DNA from: Dehalococcoidia bacterium
Lineage (GTDB): Bacteria; Chloroflexota; Dehalococcoidia; UBA2979
Length of the DNA stretch: 64,000 nt
Assembly (NCBI GenBank): GCA_965226785.1
Contig: CBDDEC010000004.1
Location: 588,093-652,092 of the forward strand
Direction of reading: 5' to 3'
The first letter of the stretch is position 1. Each line of letters starts with the position of its first letter. The position numbers and the translations under genes are program-made. This document shows, piece after piece, positions 9,939-21,303 of this stretch. The notes beneath the pieces were generated by a model. It searched no databases and was not told the origin of the DNA. It saw only the letters and a list, made by a program, of their open reading frames with translations.

Positions 9939-11297
9939 GTGATTACCGTGGACGCACCCCCCGTTCAGTACACGCAGACGAGTGATGGGGCGAACATCGC
10001 GCTGGCGTCGATCGGCGCGGAACCAGCCGTGGTCCTGCCTCCCGCGTGGATCACCCATGTCCAGCGGACGTGGGATGTCTTCGGGGCTGCGTACCAGCAG
10101 TTAGCCGATCGCGGCAGAAGAGTTGTCTGGTACGACAAGCGGGGCACAGGGCTCTCCGACCGCGAACACTCAGACTTTTCGTTGGAGGCGCTCGTAACCG
10201 ACCTCGAGGCCGTCGTCGACCACATTGAGCCGGAGGATCCTGTCTCGCTCATCGGTCTCTCGCTGGGTGGCCCAACGGCGATCGCCTACACCGCACGGCA
10301 TCCCCAGCGGGTCGGTCGCCTGGCCCTGTGGGGATCGTGGGCGGGACAGCCGGAGATCGACGCGGCGACCGAGGCGATCGTTGCACTCATTCGCGCCGAT
10401 TGGGATACGGGCTCGGGTGCCCTTGCCTATCGCTTTGCAGGCGACGAGCCCACGGTGCCGGACGGAGCGACCGACTTCAGCGCAAGCATGTCCGCGTACG
10501 CTCGCCTAATGCGCAACGCTGCCACGTCTGACGTTGCGGCGGATGTCTGGGAGGCGCTCCACAGCGTTGATGTCTACGACCTGCTCTCGAGTCTCACAGT
10601 TCCCACGCTCGTCGGACACAATCAGTTCGACCGCGTCGTCGCGTTCTCACGTGGTCAAGAGCTGGCTGCCACGATCGACGGGGCGCTCTTCGTCGCTCAG
10701 GAGGAAAGCTCGCACGCCCCAGCCCCCACAGGCTGGGAGGCCATATTTGAATTCCTCGTGGCCGGCGATGACGTGGATACGACGCTGGACCTCGAGCGCG
10801 CCCTTCAAACAATCCTCTTCACGGACCTTGCGGGCTCGACCGCGATGCAATCGCGCCTCGGCGACGAGGGCGCAATGGAGGTCCTGCGCGCTCATGACGC
10901 GGCGGTGCGACAGGCAATCGGCGAGTTCAACGGACGCGAGGTGAAGCGCATCGGCGACGGCACGATGGCCACGTTCGGCTCTGCCGCCGATGCCGTGAAC
11001 TGCGCCCTAACCGTCCGCCGCGACATCGAGACGTACAACGACACGCACGAGGGCGAGGAGCTGCTCGTGCGCTTCGGGATCAACGCGGGCGAGCCGATCG
11101 CGGACGACGACGACCTCTTTGGCCTGTCGGTGACCCTTGCCGCTCGCATCGGGGACTGGGGCGAGCCGGGGCAGGTGCTGGTGTCGGATGTGGTGCGGCA
11201 GTTGCTGCTCGGTAAGGGGTTCGAGTTCACCTCCGTCGGGGAGGCGGAGTTGAAGGGGCTCGATGAGTCGGTAGCTCTGTACGAGGTGAACCTGTGA
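9939..11297 (+). CDS. alpha/beta-hydrolase–class III adenylate/guanylate cyclase fusion protein
   Basis: Same architecture as 8493..9824. C-terminal 150 aa about 85% identical to the partial gene at 3..845. Confidence 0.8.
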   Translation: MITVDAPPVQYTQTSDGANIALASIGAEPAVVLPPAWITHVQRTWDVFGAAYQQLADRGRRVVWYDKRGTGLSDREHSDFSLEALVTDLEAVVDHIEPEDPVSLIGLSLGGPTAIAYTARHPQRVGRLALWGSWAGQPEIDAATEAIVALIRADWDTGSGALAYRFAGDEPTVPDGATDFSASMSAYARLMRNAATSDVAADVWEALHSVDVYDLLSSLTVPTLVGHNQFDRVVAFSRGQELAATIDGALFVAQEESSHAPAPTGWEAIFEFLVAGDDVDTTLDLERALQTILFTDLAGSTAMQSRLGDEGAMEVLRAHDAAVRQAIGEFNGREVKRIGDGTMATFGSAADAVNCALTVRRDIETYNDTHEGEELLVRFGINAGEPIADDDDLFGLSVTLAARIGDWGEPGQVLVSDVVRQLLLGKGFEFTSVGEAELKGLDESVALYEVNL

Positions 11298-11307
11298 GCT
11301 GGAACCG

Positions 11308-11802
11308 TTAGCTACCGCCGTCGATGTCGAACCCGCAGAAGTCAGCCAGTCGAGCCGCTGCGGCCCCGTAGCTCTCGCTCTGGAGTACGGTGAAGCGCGG
11401 GTCATCGGCGCCATCAGTAATGACGCGGCTTGCATCGAAGTCGTACTCCTCGAAGAGCTGAAAGAGACCCCGCATGACGGCAACAATCGCGTCGACTTCA
11501 GCCTTGATTTCGTCCGGGGCGCCGCCGACTAGCTGGTCGAGGGCGGGGTTCATCAGGTCGATCTGGTCTTCAACATCGTCGATACCGGAAAAGTCCAGCC
11601 CGTCGAAGATCACCTCCACATTGTCGGGGGCGCAGAAGTCGCCACTGGACGGATCGCCGGCGGGCGTGGCGCTCGCGTTCGGCGTAGTGCCCGGTCCGCC
11701 TGAGTCGGCGCTGGAGTCGTCACCGCCGCCGCCGCAAGCGATAGCGAGCGCGAGCATCGGGACAGCGAGCATCGAAGCGACTCGGCTCATATCGGCTTTC
11801 AC
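11308..11802 (-). CDS. putative secreted lipoprotein
   Basis: Signal peptide with lipobox LAIAC followed by a Gly/Asp/Ser-rich linker. 164 aa. Confidence 0.6.
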   Translation of the reverse strand: MKADMSRVASMLAVPMLALAIACGGGGDDSSADSGGPGTTPNASATPAGDPSSGDFCAPDNVEVIFDGLDFSGIDDVEDQIDLMNPALDQLVGGAPDEIKAEVDAIVAVMRGLFQLFEEYDFDASRVITDGADDPRFTVLQSESYGAAAARLADFCGFDIDGGS

Positions 11803-12272
11803 CTAGCGACTTTTGGCGGGCTAGACAATAGAAGGCAGCGTGCCCTCAAGCAAGGAGCAACACTCGACGACACCCGCGCCTCCCGAAGCGCCGCTAAGGC
11901 GCTGACCACTACCTGCGCGCAGCCAGCAGCGAGATGCGCGTCTCGTCGCGAAGCTGAATCAGGGTTTCGGGTACGTCGCCGGAGCCGCCGCGAGTCGGAT
12001 GGTGCGCTCTGCATCGAGGTAATCGGCCCTGGAAAAGCCATCACCCCGACTAGCGCGCTCCGTCATGGCACGGCGCTTTGGTGTTCGGCGCTCCACTTGT
12101 GGCCGCAGTGCACGCACTCCAAATCGGTCCTCCCCCTGCGCATGCGCGACAGCATCGAGCCTGACGCCGGCTCGTTGCGACAGGAACCGCAGTACCAGAC
12201 CTCGCACGGCTTGGAACCAAGAGTGCCCCGGTGGACCGATCCGCCGGGGCACTGTCTGAGCAGGGAACTCGG

Positions 12273-12851
12273 CTAGCTGCCTTGCACATCCTCCTCGAGG
12301 ACCGGGTTGGGGGCCGCGTGGATTTCTTCTGCGTTGGGATCTAGCACCGGCACTGGGTCGGACTCGGATCCGTTCACGACGGCTTGTGTTACCGCCGTCA
12401 CCGCTGTGCCAGTAGATCCGCTCGAAGCCTGAGCCTCGATCCGGTCCGAGCTCGCGAGGCGAGGCTCCGACGAGTCCGGGTGTGGTTCCCCGACGGCGAT
12501 CCCCGGGGAGGGAGGCGGCTTGACGGCCGGCATCGACACCGGCTCGTCACTCGGGTTGCTGACCGAGACGGTGCCATCTGGGAGGTCTTGAACACTCACC
12601 GGGTGGTCCAAGGCGATCATGGGCTCGCCGTCGATGAACAGGGGCTCAGGTATGCCGATGCTTTGCTGTGTGTCCGCACCGAGATCGGCTGCGGTGGGCA
12701 GTGACTCAGATGCCACTGCGCCGGCAACGGTCTCTAGGTCCGTGGTGTCATGGCTCCTGATCGCCAGGGCAGTCGACATGGCTGCTGTGGCGACGAGGAC
12801 GGTGATCCCCAGTACCGCAGCAGGGAGCTTGAGTTTGCTTCGGTAGTTCAT
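12273..12851 (-). CDS. hypothetical secreted protein
   Basis: N-terminal signal peptide (LPAAVLGITVLVATAAMSTALA). 192 aa. Confidence 0.55.
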   Translation of the reverse strand: MNYRSKLKLPAAVLGITVLVATAAMSTALAIRSHDTTDLETVAGAVASESLPTAADLGADTQQSIGIPEPLFIDGEPMIALDHPVSVQDLPDGTVSVSNPSDEPVSMPAVKPPPSPGIAVGEPHPDSSEPRLASSDRIEAQASSGSTGTAVTAVTQAVVNGSESDPVPVLDPNAEEIHAAPNPVLEEDVQGS

Positions 12852-12987
12852 TTCGCGATCCGTGTTCGTTGAGTGCTTCGTCTTCTACTCAAGCAAGACG
12901 CACTACCCGCTCAGATTGTTCCCAGAGGCTAGAAAGCATCGGTGGTGGGGGTGTAGTGAACCGCCCCGGGTTTAGTGGAGACTCGGT

Positions 12988-14195
<1,208 letters not shown>

Positions 14196-14355
14196 CGCTC
14201 CATCCTCTCAAGGACTGGAGCCTCCAACATTCCCGGGGCGGTTCACGCAGCTACTCAGGTGTCGCGCCAGCTCGCGTCTTGACAGTCTGGCAGCGCGCTG
14301 ATAGCACTCCAACGATGCAAGCTCCGACCGGACGTCGTTTGGCGGTGGTGAGCTG

Positions 14356-15300
14356 ATGCTTCGTTACACGGTGCGTCGTCTTGCGCTGATCCCCATCACC
14401 CTGTTGCTGCTGTCGGCGCTCGTGTTCTGGTCTATCCGCCTGATCCCCGGGGATGTTGTTGCTATCCGACTGGAGGACAGCTATACGCCGGAACGCGCTG
14501 CTGCGCTCCGCGCGCAACTGGGGCTGGACCAATCATGGTGGATCCAGTATCCGAAGTGGCTCGCTGGGGTCGTACAGGGAGACCTTGGGAAGTCGTTCCT
14601 CACCGATCGCCCGGTCGCGACTGAGCTCTGGGAACGGCTACCCGTCACGCTTGAACTCGTCGTGTTAAGCATGATCATCAAGACGGCAATTGGCGTCCCG
14701 GTGGGGATCATCGCTGCCGCCAAACAGGGGTCGTTCACCGATCATTCCGTCAGATTAGTCTCGATTCTAGGGTTGGCTTTACCTTCCTTCTGGATCGCCA
14801 CGCTCGTGCTCATCATCCCGTCGCGGTACTGGGGATGGGCTCCGCCCTTCGGATACAGCCCCTTCTTTGACGATCCGCTCCGGAACCTAGAGCAGTTCAT
14901 GATCCCAGCGATCATCAATTCGGTGGGGCTCGCTGCGGTCATCATCCGGCTGACGCGAGTTCAGATGCTCGAGGTGATGCGACAGGACTACATCCGCACC
15001 GCCCAGGCCAAGGGGCTAACCGCCTCCGCCGTACTCACGCGTCACGCGCTCAAAAACGCACTCTTGCCCATAGTGACCGTTCTTGGACTCTCCCTCGCGA
15101 ACGCGCTGAGCGGGTCAGTAATCATTGAAAGCATTTTTGCGCTGCCAGGCTTGGGCACGTATGGAGTAGATGCGGTCGCGCGGCGAGACTATACAGCCAT
15201 CCAAGGTTTCGTGTTGCTCATTGGCCTCATATATGTCGTTGTCAATTTTGTGGTTGATCTCTCGTACGTTTACCTCGACCCGCGCGTCCGTCTCAGCTAA
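14356..15300 (+). CDS. ABC transporter permease (peptide/nickel type, DppB/OppB-like)
   Basis: 314 aa, 6 TM helices, binding-protein-dependent permease architecture. Confidence 0.8.
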   Translation: MLRYTVRRLALIPITLLLLSALVFWSIRLIPGDVVAIRLEDSYTPERAAALRAQLGLDQSWWIQYPKWLAGVVQGDLGKSFLTDRPVATELWERLPVTLELVVLSMIIKTAIGVPVGIIAAAKQGSFTDHSVRLVSILGLALPSFWIATLVLIIPSRYWGWAPPFGYSPFFDDPLRNLEQFMIPAIINSVGLAAVIIRLTRVQMLEVMRQDYIRTAQAKGLTASAVLTRHALKNALLPIVTVLGLSLANALSGSVIIESIFALPGLGTYGVDAVARRDYTAIQGFVLLIGLIYVVVNFVVDLSYVYLDPRVRLS

Positions 15301-15321
15301 AACTGACACAAACCTCGAAGG

Positions 15322-16221
15322 ATGCAATTGGTGACCATTGAGCGAACGGCGCTGCTGGTCCAAACAACGACTCTGACTGCCGGTCAGCGTCGTATCAGGC
15401 GGGTCAAGCGATTTGCTCGTGAGCAGCCGCTGGGTGTGTTGGGGTTATTCATCATCTTGCTGGTCGCCTTCCTTGCCATCGCAGGCGATGTAGTAACGCC
15501 GTACGACACGTTCAGCACGTCGCCTACAGAGCTGTTCGAGGGCCCATCCCGAGACCATTGGTTCGGTACAGACGACTTTGGCCGCGACTACTTCACAAGG
15601 ATTGTTGCGGGCGCGCGTGTGACAGTCACGATCAGCATCACGTCCATGTTTCTAGGCACTCTCATGGGTACGTTCCTGGGAGTCGTTTCTGCTTATCTCG
15701 GGGGAGTATTCGACCTCCTCTTCCAACGTGTTATCGACGCGATGCTCGCCCTCCCGACGCTGATCGTGGCAATGCTGCTGATCGCGGTGTTCGGTTCAAG
15801 CATTACGAGCATGATCACTGTGCTAGCGATTGCCGTTGTTCCTGGGGTCTCACGGCTGGCACGAGCCGCGACGTTCGGCGTGCTCGCCGAGCAATACATC
15901 GAGGCGGCTATCGCTCTAGGCTCTTCCTCTCCTAGGCTGATGATTCGGCATGTCGTACCAAATATTACGGCACCGATCTCGGTGATCGTAACTACCGGGA
16001 TTGGCGGCCTGATCCTCGCTGAGTCGAGTCTCAGCTTCCTTGGGCTCGGTCTAGGCCCACCAACCGCCGCGTGGGGACAGATGCTCAGCACAAGCAGGGA
16101 GTTTGCAATCGGTGCGCCAATGCTCGCCGTGTATCCAGGTCTGGCGATCGGGATCACCGTGCTCGGCTTCAACCTGCTGGGAGACGCGCTGCGCGACGTG
16201 CTCGATCCCCGAATGCGTTAG
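15322..16221 (+). CDS. ABC transporter permease (DppC/OppC-like)
   Basis: 299 aa. EAA-like loop and TM pattern. Confidence 0.8.
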   Translation: MQLVTIERTALLVQTTTLTAGQRRIRRVKRFAREQPLGVLGLFIILLVAFLAIAGDVVTPYDTFSTSPTELFEGPSRDHWFGTDDFGRDYFTRIVAGARVTVTISITSMFLGTLMGTFLGVVSAYLGGVFDLLFQRVIDAMLALPTLIVAMLLIAVFGSSITSMITVLAIAVVPGVSRLARAATFGVLAEQYIEAAIALGSSSPRLMIRHVVPNITAPISVIVTTGIGGLILAESSLSFLGLGLGPPTAAWGQMLSTSREFAIGAPMLAVYPGLAIGITVLGFNLLGDALRDVLDPRMR

Positions 16222-16355
16222 CGGGAACAATCAAGGGGATTCGCCGAACCCGAGTCAACCGTACTACTCGGCCAAGCTTGTGCTCTTGTCAGAAACGTGT
16301 TAGCACGGTCCGAATACGAACGTGTTACATGGCTCCCCCAGAAGGACACTCCCAA

Positions 16356-18026
16356 ATGCGGTACTGGGACTCACTCACTCGGTCGAGGTTGTCGCGGCGT
16401 GGGCTACTGCGGGGATCCGCAGTGGGAGTGGCTGGGTTAGCCGGGGCTGCGATCCTCGGCTGTGGTGACGACGACGACGACGACGACGACGCGACTAGCG
16501 CACCAAACGGGGCGGGCCCGACCGTAGACGCGGCGAAGGGCGGTGGCATACTTCGCATGCCGGACTTGGCTCCGCCTGACGTTTTTGACCCGGCCCAGAC
16601 CCTCCACACAGTGTCGATGAGCTTCGGCACGACGACCGCCCTTACTGGCCTGCTGTACTACAACGACGACGGGGTCGTCGTCGACCATATGTCGAACATG
16701 CCAGAACAACCTGACGATGTCACGTACGTCTTCACGCTAAAGCCGGGAATCTTTTGGCACGACCTGGAGCCCGCGAACGGACGTGCGTTCACGGCTGAAG
16801 ATGCGGTCTTCGGCCTAGAGCGTTTCACTGAGGATGTACCGGGCTTCATCTGGGGTTCGAGTCTAAACGCGGTGACCAAGTTCGAGGCGATCGACGATGT
16901 TACATTCCGTCTGACCACCTCGGAGCCATTCGCGCCCCTGCTCTCGGCGCTCGCGAACGACTTCGCCATGATGGTGAACCGTGAGATGCGGGAGAAAGTC
17001 GGCGACGACGGCTTGAAGCTGTACGAGAACCTCCTCGGCACCGGTCCGTTCATTCGCAGCGAGCACATCCCGAACGTATCGAATGAGTTGGTGAGGAACC
17101 CAAACTACTTCAATAACCCGAGGCCGTATCTCGACGGCATGAGATTCGACCTGATCACGGATCGAGTGGCGCGGCTTGCGGCATTCAGGTCGAAGCAGAT
17201 CGATATGTCGAGGCTTTGGAGTGGCTTCAGAGGCGAAGAGCGCGATTCGCTTCTCGATCAATTTGGCGATGACGTGGCGTGGGGCACACGCGTATCGGAC
17301 GCCTTTGGGAATAACCAGTTCAACGTCAAGGAACCACCGTTCGACGACATACGCGTCCGCCAGGCATTCCACCTAGCGATTGACCGGCAGGCCATCACAG
17401 CCGGTGATCGGATCATCTCGGGGCCGATTCCGCAGGCGCTGCCGTTCTGGGCGATTCCCCCTGACGAGCTTGAGAGCCGCCCCGGCTATCGTCAGCCGAA
17501 AGACCAGGACCTGGTTGAGGCGAAGCGCCTGCTCGACGGCGCTGGTCACGCGGGCGGGCTCAAAGTGAAGATGAATACTCAGACCCGCAACACGTCTGGC
17601 GTGATCATTCAAGACAACCTCCGGCCGCTCGGAGTTGAGATCACGATCGAAGAGCTAGCGCCGGCAGACAATCTGGCGCGCCGGGCATCGGGTGACTTCA
17701 GCTTCATCTTGGCGGGTCTGACGGGGGCTCCCGACCCCGATCAGTACCTGTATCTCCCATACAGGACGGGAGGCGGCAGTAACTTCGGCGGGTACTCGAA
17801 TCCAGCCGTGGACAAACTCGCCGATGACCAACGCAAGCTCTTCGACCCGGACGAACGCCTCGAAGTCGTACTCGAACTGCAGGACCTCGTGCTTGAGGAA
17901 GTCCCTATGGTGATGACGAGTTCCGCGGTCGCCTACCCCGTGTGGTACAGCTATGTGAAGGATCGTGTTATCACGTCCGGGCGGAACCAGGGGCCGATTA
18001 CGCAGAACATCTGGCTAGACACCTAG
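16356..18026 (+). CDS. ABC transporter substrate-binding lipoprotein, family 5 (peptide/nickel)
   Basis: TAT-like signal SRRGLLRG and lipobox ILGC, then a D8 linker. Family-5 SBP length. Start at ATG 16356; the ORF is open from 16071. Confidence 0.75.
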   Translation: MRYWDSLTRSRLSRRGLLRGSAVGVAGLAGAAILGCGDDDDDDDDATSAPNGAGPTVDAAKGGGILRMPDLAPPDVFDPAQTLHTVSMSFGTTTALTGLLYYNDDGVVVDHMSNMPEQPDDVTYVFTLKPGIFWHDLEPANGRAFTAEDAVFGLERFTEDVPGFIWGSSLNAVTKFEAIDDVTFRLTTSEPFAPLLSALANDFAMMVNREMREKVGDDGLKLYENLLGTGPFIRSEHIPNVSNELVRNPNYFNNPRPYLDGMRFDLITDRVARLAAFRSKQIDMSRLWSGFRGEERDSLLDQFGDDVAWGTRVSDAFGNNQFNVKEPPFDDIRVRQAFHLAIDRQAITAGDRIISGPIPQALPFWAIPPDELESRPGYRQPKDQDLVEAKRLLDGAGHAGGLKVKMNTQTRNTSGVIIQDNLRPLGVEITIEELAPADNLARRASGDFSFILAGLTGAPDPDQYLYLPYRTGGGSNFGGYSNPAVDKLADDQRKLFDPDERLEVVLELQDLVLEEVPMVMTSSAVAYPVWYSYVKDRVITSGRNQGPITQNIWLDT

Positions 18027-18129
18027 CCTGTTCATTGGGCGTTGAGCGCGGGCAGCCGCCAAGCCCGAGCGTGCTGCGCGAGTGGGGGCATCGGTGATCG
18101 GTCTCGCCCACTCCTGCTCTCCGAACGCA

Positions 18130-19194
18130 TCATGACTCGTCCGCTACTGCGTTCGGTGCGCATGCGCACATCGCGGCCAAGATCGAGGCGGGCTCCCGGC
18201 GAGCCGGAACGACGCGCAGGATTGCTATATCGAGTCCCTCGGCGAGTCTGAGAAATGCTTCGCGCGCGCGGGACGCCGGACCGAAGTAGCCTAGCGCACT
18301 CAGGATCTCATCAGGGAAAGCGCTAATCAGCTCCGAGCGCGATGCGCCGCGAAGGCGCATCTGGTCCAGCTCCGATAGGCGCTGCCCGAAGCCCATTCGC
18401 TCGAAGTGGGCGCGATAACCGAAGCGGCGTTCGCCAGCGCTTAGTGCCGTCGGGCCAACGACATACCTCAGGAGCGCCTGCGCAAGAGCAGCGCGAGCAG
18501 CAGCAGTGTCATCGTCGACACAGACCCGCACATATTCCGCAATCGGAATGTCGGCATGTTTGCGACCTGCAGCTCGAGCCCCCTCAGCAACACGATCGCG
18601 AGCCCAGGTCCGGTGCGCCGGGGTTGACCAGTTCAGCACAACGCCATCGGCTAACCCGCCCGCGAGGCGCAGCATCTTAGGACCCAATGCTGCGGCAAAC
18701 ACTGGTGTGCGTTGCGGCAGGTGGCCCGAGAGCTGGGCACCGTGGAGCGACAGAGTGTCCCCCTCATAGTCGACGCGCTGGCCGGCCAGCAGGCCGCGCA
18801 TGCTTACCAGGTAGTCGCGCATCACGGATAAGGAAGAGACCATCCGGCCCGCTCGCGAGACCAGTTGTACGGTACCGCCCTTTGTGCTCGGTCCCACGCC
18901 AATTCCGCACAAAAAACGGCCGCCGGTAATAGCGTTCAGCGTAGCGGCTCGTACCGACAAGCTCATCGGACTGTGCTGATTGACCGGGATCACGCCGGTG
19001 GCGGTCAGAAGCCCACCAGGCACCACCTCGGCGGTTGCCTGCCAACGAAGTAAGCACAGCTGCAGCACATCCTGTGAACCGTCATCTGAGGTCCACAGGC
19101 TGCCATAGCCCAGCTCCGCAGCGCGGCGGGCGAGCGCGATGTGCTGGTCGAACGTCAAATCGAGCGATGCGCCAAGCCCGACCCCTACTTGCAC
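18130..19194 (-). CDS. LLM-class (luciferase-like) flavin/F420-dependent oxidoreductase
   Basis: MQVGVGLGASLDLTFDQHIALARRAAELGYGSLWTSDD. 354 aa. Confidence 0.75.
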   Translation of the reverse strand: MQVGVGLGASLDLTFDQHIALARRAAELGYGSLWTSDDGSQDVLQLCLLRWQATAEVVPGGLLTATGVIPVNQHSPMSLSVRAATLNAITGGRFLCGIGVGPSTKGGTVQLVSRAGRMVSSLSVMRDYLVSMRGLLAGQRVDYEGDTLSLHGAQLSGHLPQRTPVFAAALGPKMLRLAGGLADGVVLNWSTPAHRTWARDRVAEGARAAGRKHADIPIAEYVRVCVDDDTAAARAALAQALLRYVVGPTALSAGERRFGYRAHFERMGFGQRLSELDQMRLRGASRSELISAFPDEILSALGYFGPASRAREAFLRLAEGLDIAILRVVPARREPASILAAMCACAPNAVADES

Positions 19195-20190
19195 CGTCCG
19201 CCCCTATCATGCGTATTGCGAGATCGGTCATCGACCGGGACTGGCTCGTCAGGTACCGGCTTCTCGCTACCGTTGAGCATCGTTGGGTCTCCCGCTCCCG
19301 CAACACAGCCATCCTTGCAGCGATGACAAGATTGCCTCCCAACGCGGTCAGCAGTCGTGGCGGGTGTCCCTGCGTCGGTCGACCGAACCCTCGTCCTCCC
19401 CGACGCCCGTCGGGCATCTTGCGCACAAGACACCTGTCCCGGCATGGTCAGACGGATGCCTCCGCGGTCATTCTGCCAGTGTTAGTGTGTCTTCGCTAGA
19501 CGCCCAGGGGCGGCTGTGTCAGCCGGAGTTCGTCAGACAGGAAGCTAGGCAAGATCGAGGCACGGCGTCACGCTCACGGATCGGGCGGCGAAGCGCGAAC
19601 AGGACTCCGGTTCGAGCGCCTCCTTCCATCAAGCGACGGCACGCGCGCACCGAGGTATTTGATCCGCTACTCGCAGCGGGCTGATCGATCCAGTGTGGAA
19701 CGTCCTCGATCCATCTGAAATACCGTATTTCGCCGCGCCGACATTCTGAGGCCGCGGCGCGGGGTCAACCCAATACCGGCGTCCCCCCGCTGTCGTAGCG
19801 CGGCCGTCGGACCTCTACTCCGATCGGCAACCGTCGCATCGAGGGTTCTTTGTGACGCGACCATCCCGTGATCGGCCGAACGTAATACGATGGCCGGCGA
19901 CAAAGTGCCCCGCAACACCGCGCCGCCCACGAAAAGACGGGGCCGTTTCTGGGAGAGGACAATCAGCAGGTCCGATTCGATTGCCGAGTACGCAGTCGCC
20001 GGAGCGCCGAGATTGAGCTAGCAGCTGTCGCAGATGGGAAAAGTCGATCCCGGGCACGTAACTGAACTCTCAACGTGCCTCCGGATGGATCTCTCGTCGG
20101 ATCACGGCACGTCGCGCGGAGTGCGCCATGTGTCGCACGCACTCGCTGAGACGGTATACGGCCAGGGAACGTAGCAATCGGGAGGATCAA

Positions 20191-21225
20191 ATGGTCGGGA
20201 ACGTGCCGAAAGTACGATACGACGGTCCCGAGTTCGCAGGTTACGGTCAGCTCGGAGAACCTTACTCGCGATATCGCCGTAGGTCCGCTGTGCGCTTCGG
20301 TAGCGGCTCAAACCGCTTTGAGGTAGTTGATAACTGGGCTCGGCGCCCAAGCGGCTTCCCGCTCGGCGACGTGGCTGGCATCGCGGTCGACTCGGAAGAC
20401 AACGTCTTCGCCTTCACCCGATCCGATCGCAGAGTACAAGTCTACGATCGCGAAGGTCACTTCCTGGACTGGTGGGGCGACCGCCGCGAACACACGACAC
20501 CTCACGGCATCACGATCGACGCTGATGACAACGTATGGCTTGCCGACACAGGAGACCATACCCTCAAGAAGTTCACTCGTGAGGGTCGACCGCTGCTGAT
20601 GCTCGGGAGGCGCCACCAAAACGCCGAACGAAATAGCGGTCGGCCTTTCAACAGCCCGACACGACTGGCTGTCGCCTCAAATGGCGATCTCTTCGTTAGC
20701 GACGGTTACGGCAACAGCAAGATCCACGTCTTCACGGCCGATGGCGACTTTCAATTCAGCTTCGGAGAGCCGGGTGCGGGGCCCGGTCAGCTCAACACAC
20801 CGCACTCGATCGTAATAGATGAAACTGACCGCATCTGGGTCTGCGATCGCATGAATAGTCGAATCCAGATTTTCAACGTGGAGGGCGAGTACCTGACGGA
20901 GTGGAACGGGCTGCATCACCCAGATGATCTTGTTATTGCCCCCGACGGCACGGTATATGTCGCGGAGCTTCAGCACCGGATCAGCATCTGGAGTCCAACA
21001 GGCACACGGCTCGCAGGCTGGGGCGACGAGGGCTGCGACTGCGAACCGGGCCCTGTCGCGACGAAGCGCTGCTCGGGCGAAAGTCTCGACGCCGGAATGG
21101 TCATCGGACCCCACGCGATCGCCCTCGACTCAGAGGGATCCCTCTATGTGGGCGATCTGGCCGACTCCTACCGCGGTGTGGACCGGGGCTCGCGTTCGCT
21201 CCAGAAGTTCTTACCGGTGAGCTGA
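20191..21225 (+). CDS. NHL-repeat six-bladed beta-propeller protein
   Basis: Repeated motifs P-GIAVD, VADTGNH-like and SDGYGN. Paralog (about 40% identity) of 35347..36408. Start chosen at MVGNVPK; the ORF is open from 20128. Confidence 0.65.
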   Translation: MVGNVPKVRYDGPEFAGYGQLGEPYSRYRRRSAVRFGSGSNRFEVVDNWARRPSGFPLGDVAGIAVDSEDNVFAFTRSDRRVQVYDREGHFLDWWGDRREHTTPHGITIDADDNVWLADTGDHTLKKFTREGRPLLMLGRRHQNAERNSGRPFNSPTRLAVASNGDLFVSDGYGNSKIHVFTADGDFQFSFGEPGAGPGQLNTPHSIVIDETDRIWVCDRMNSRIQIFNVEGEYLTEWNGLHHPDDLVIAPDGTVYVAELQHRISIWSPTGTRLAGWGDEGCDCEPGPVATKRCSGESLDAGMVIGPHAIALDSEGSLYVGDLADSYRGVDRGSRSLQKFLPVS

Positions 21226-21303
21226 CCTTCTTGCATGTCTTCGTGGCCGACGCCGTTGCGTGGCGACACCTGATCGCGGTACACATCACCGAGCAGACGA
21301 ACC

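Noticed and set aside
16466-16489. Perfect (GAC)8 microsatellite
   Set aside because: It is in-frame inside the SBP lipoprotein gene and encodes an Asp8 linker. It is not a CRISPR array or an intergenic repeat.
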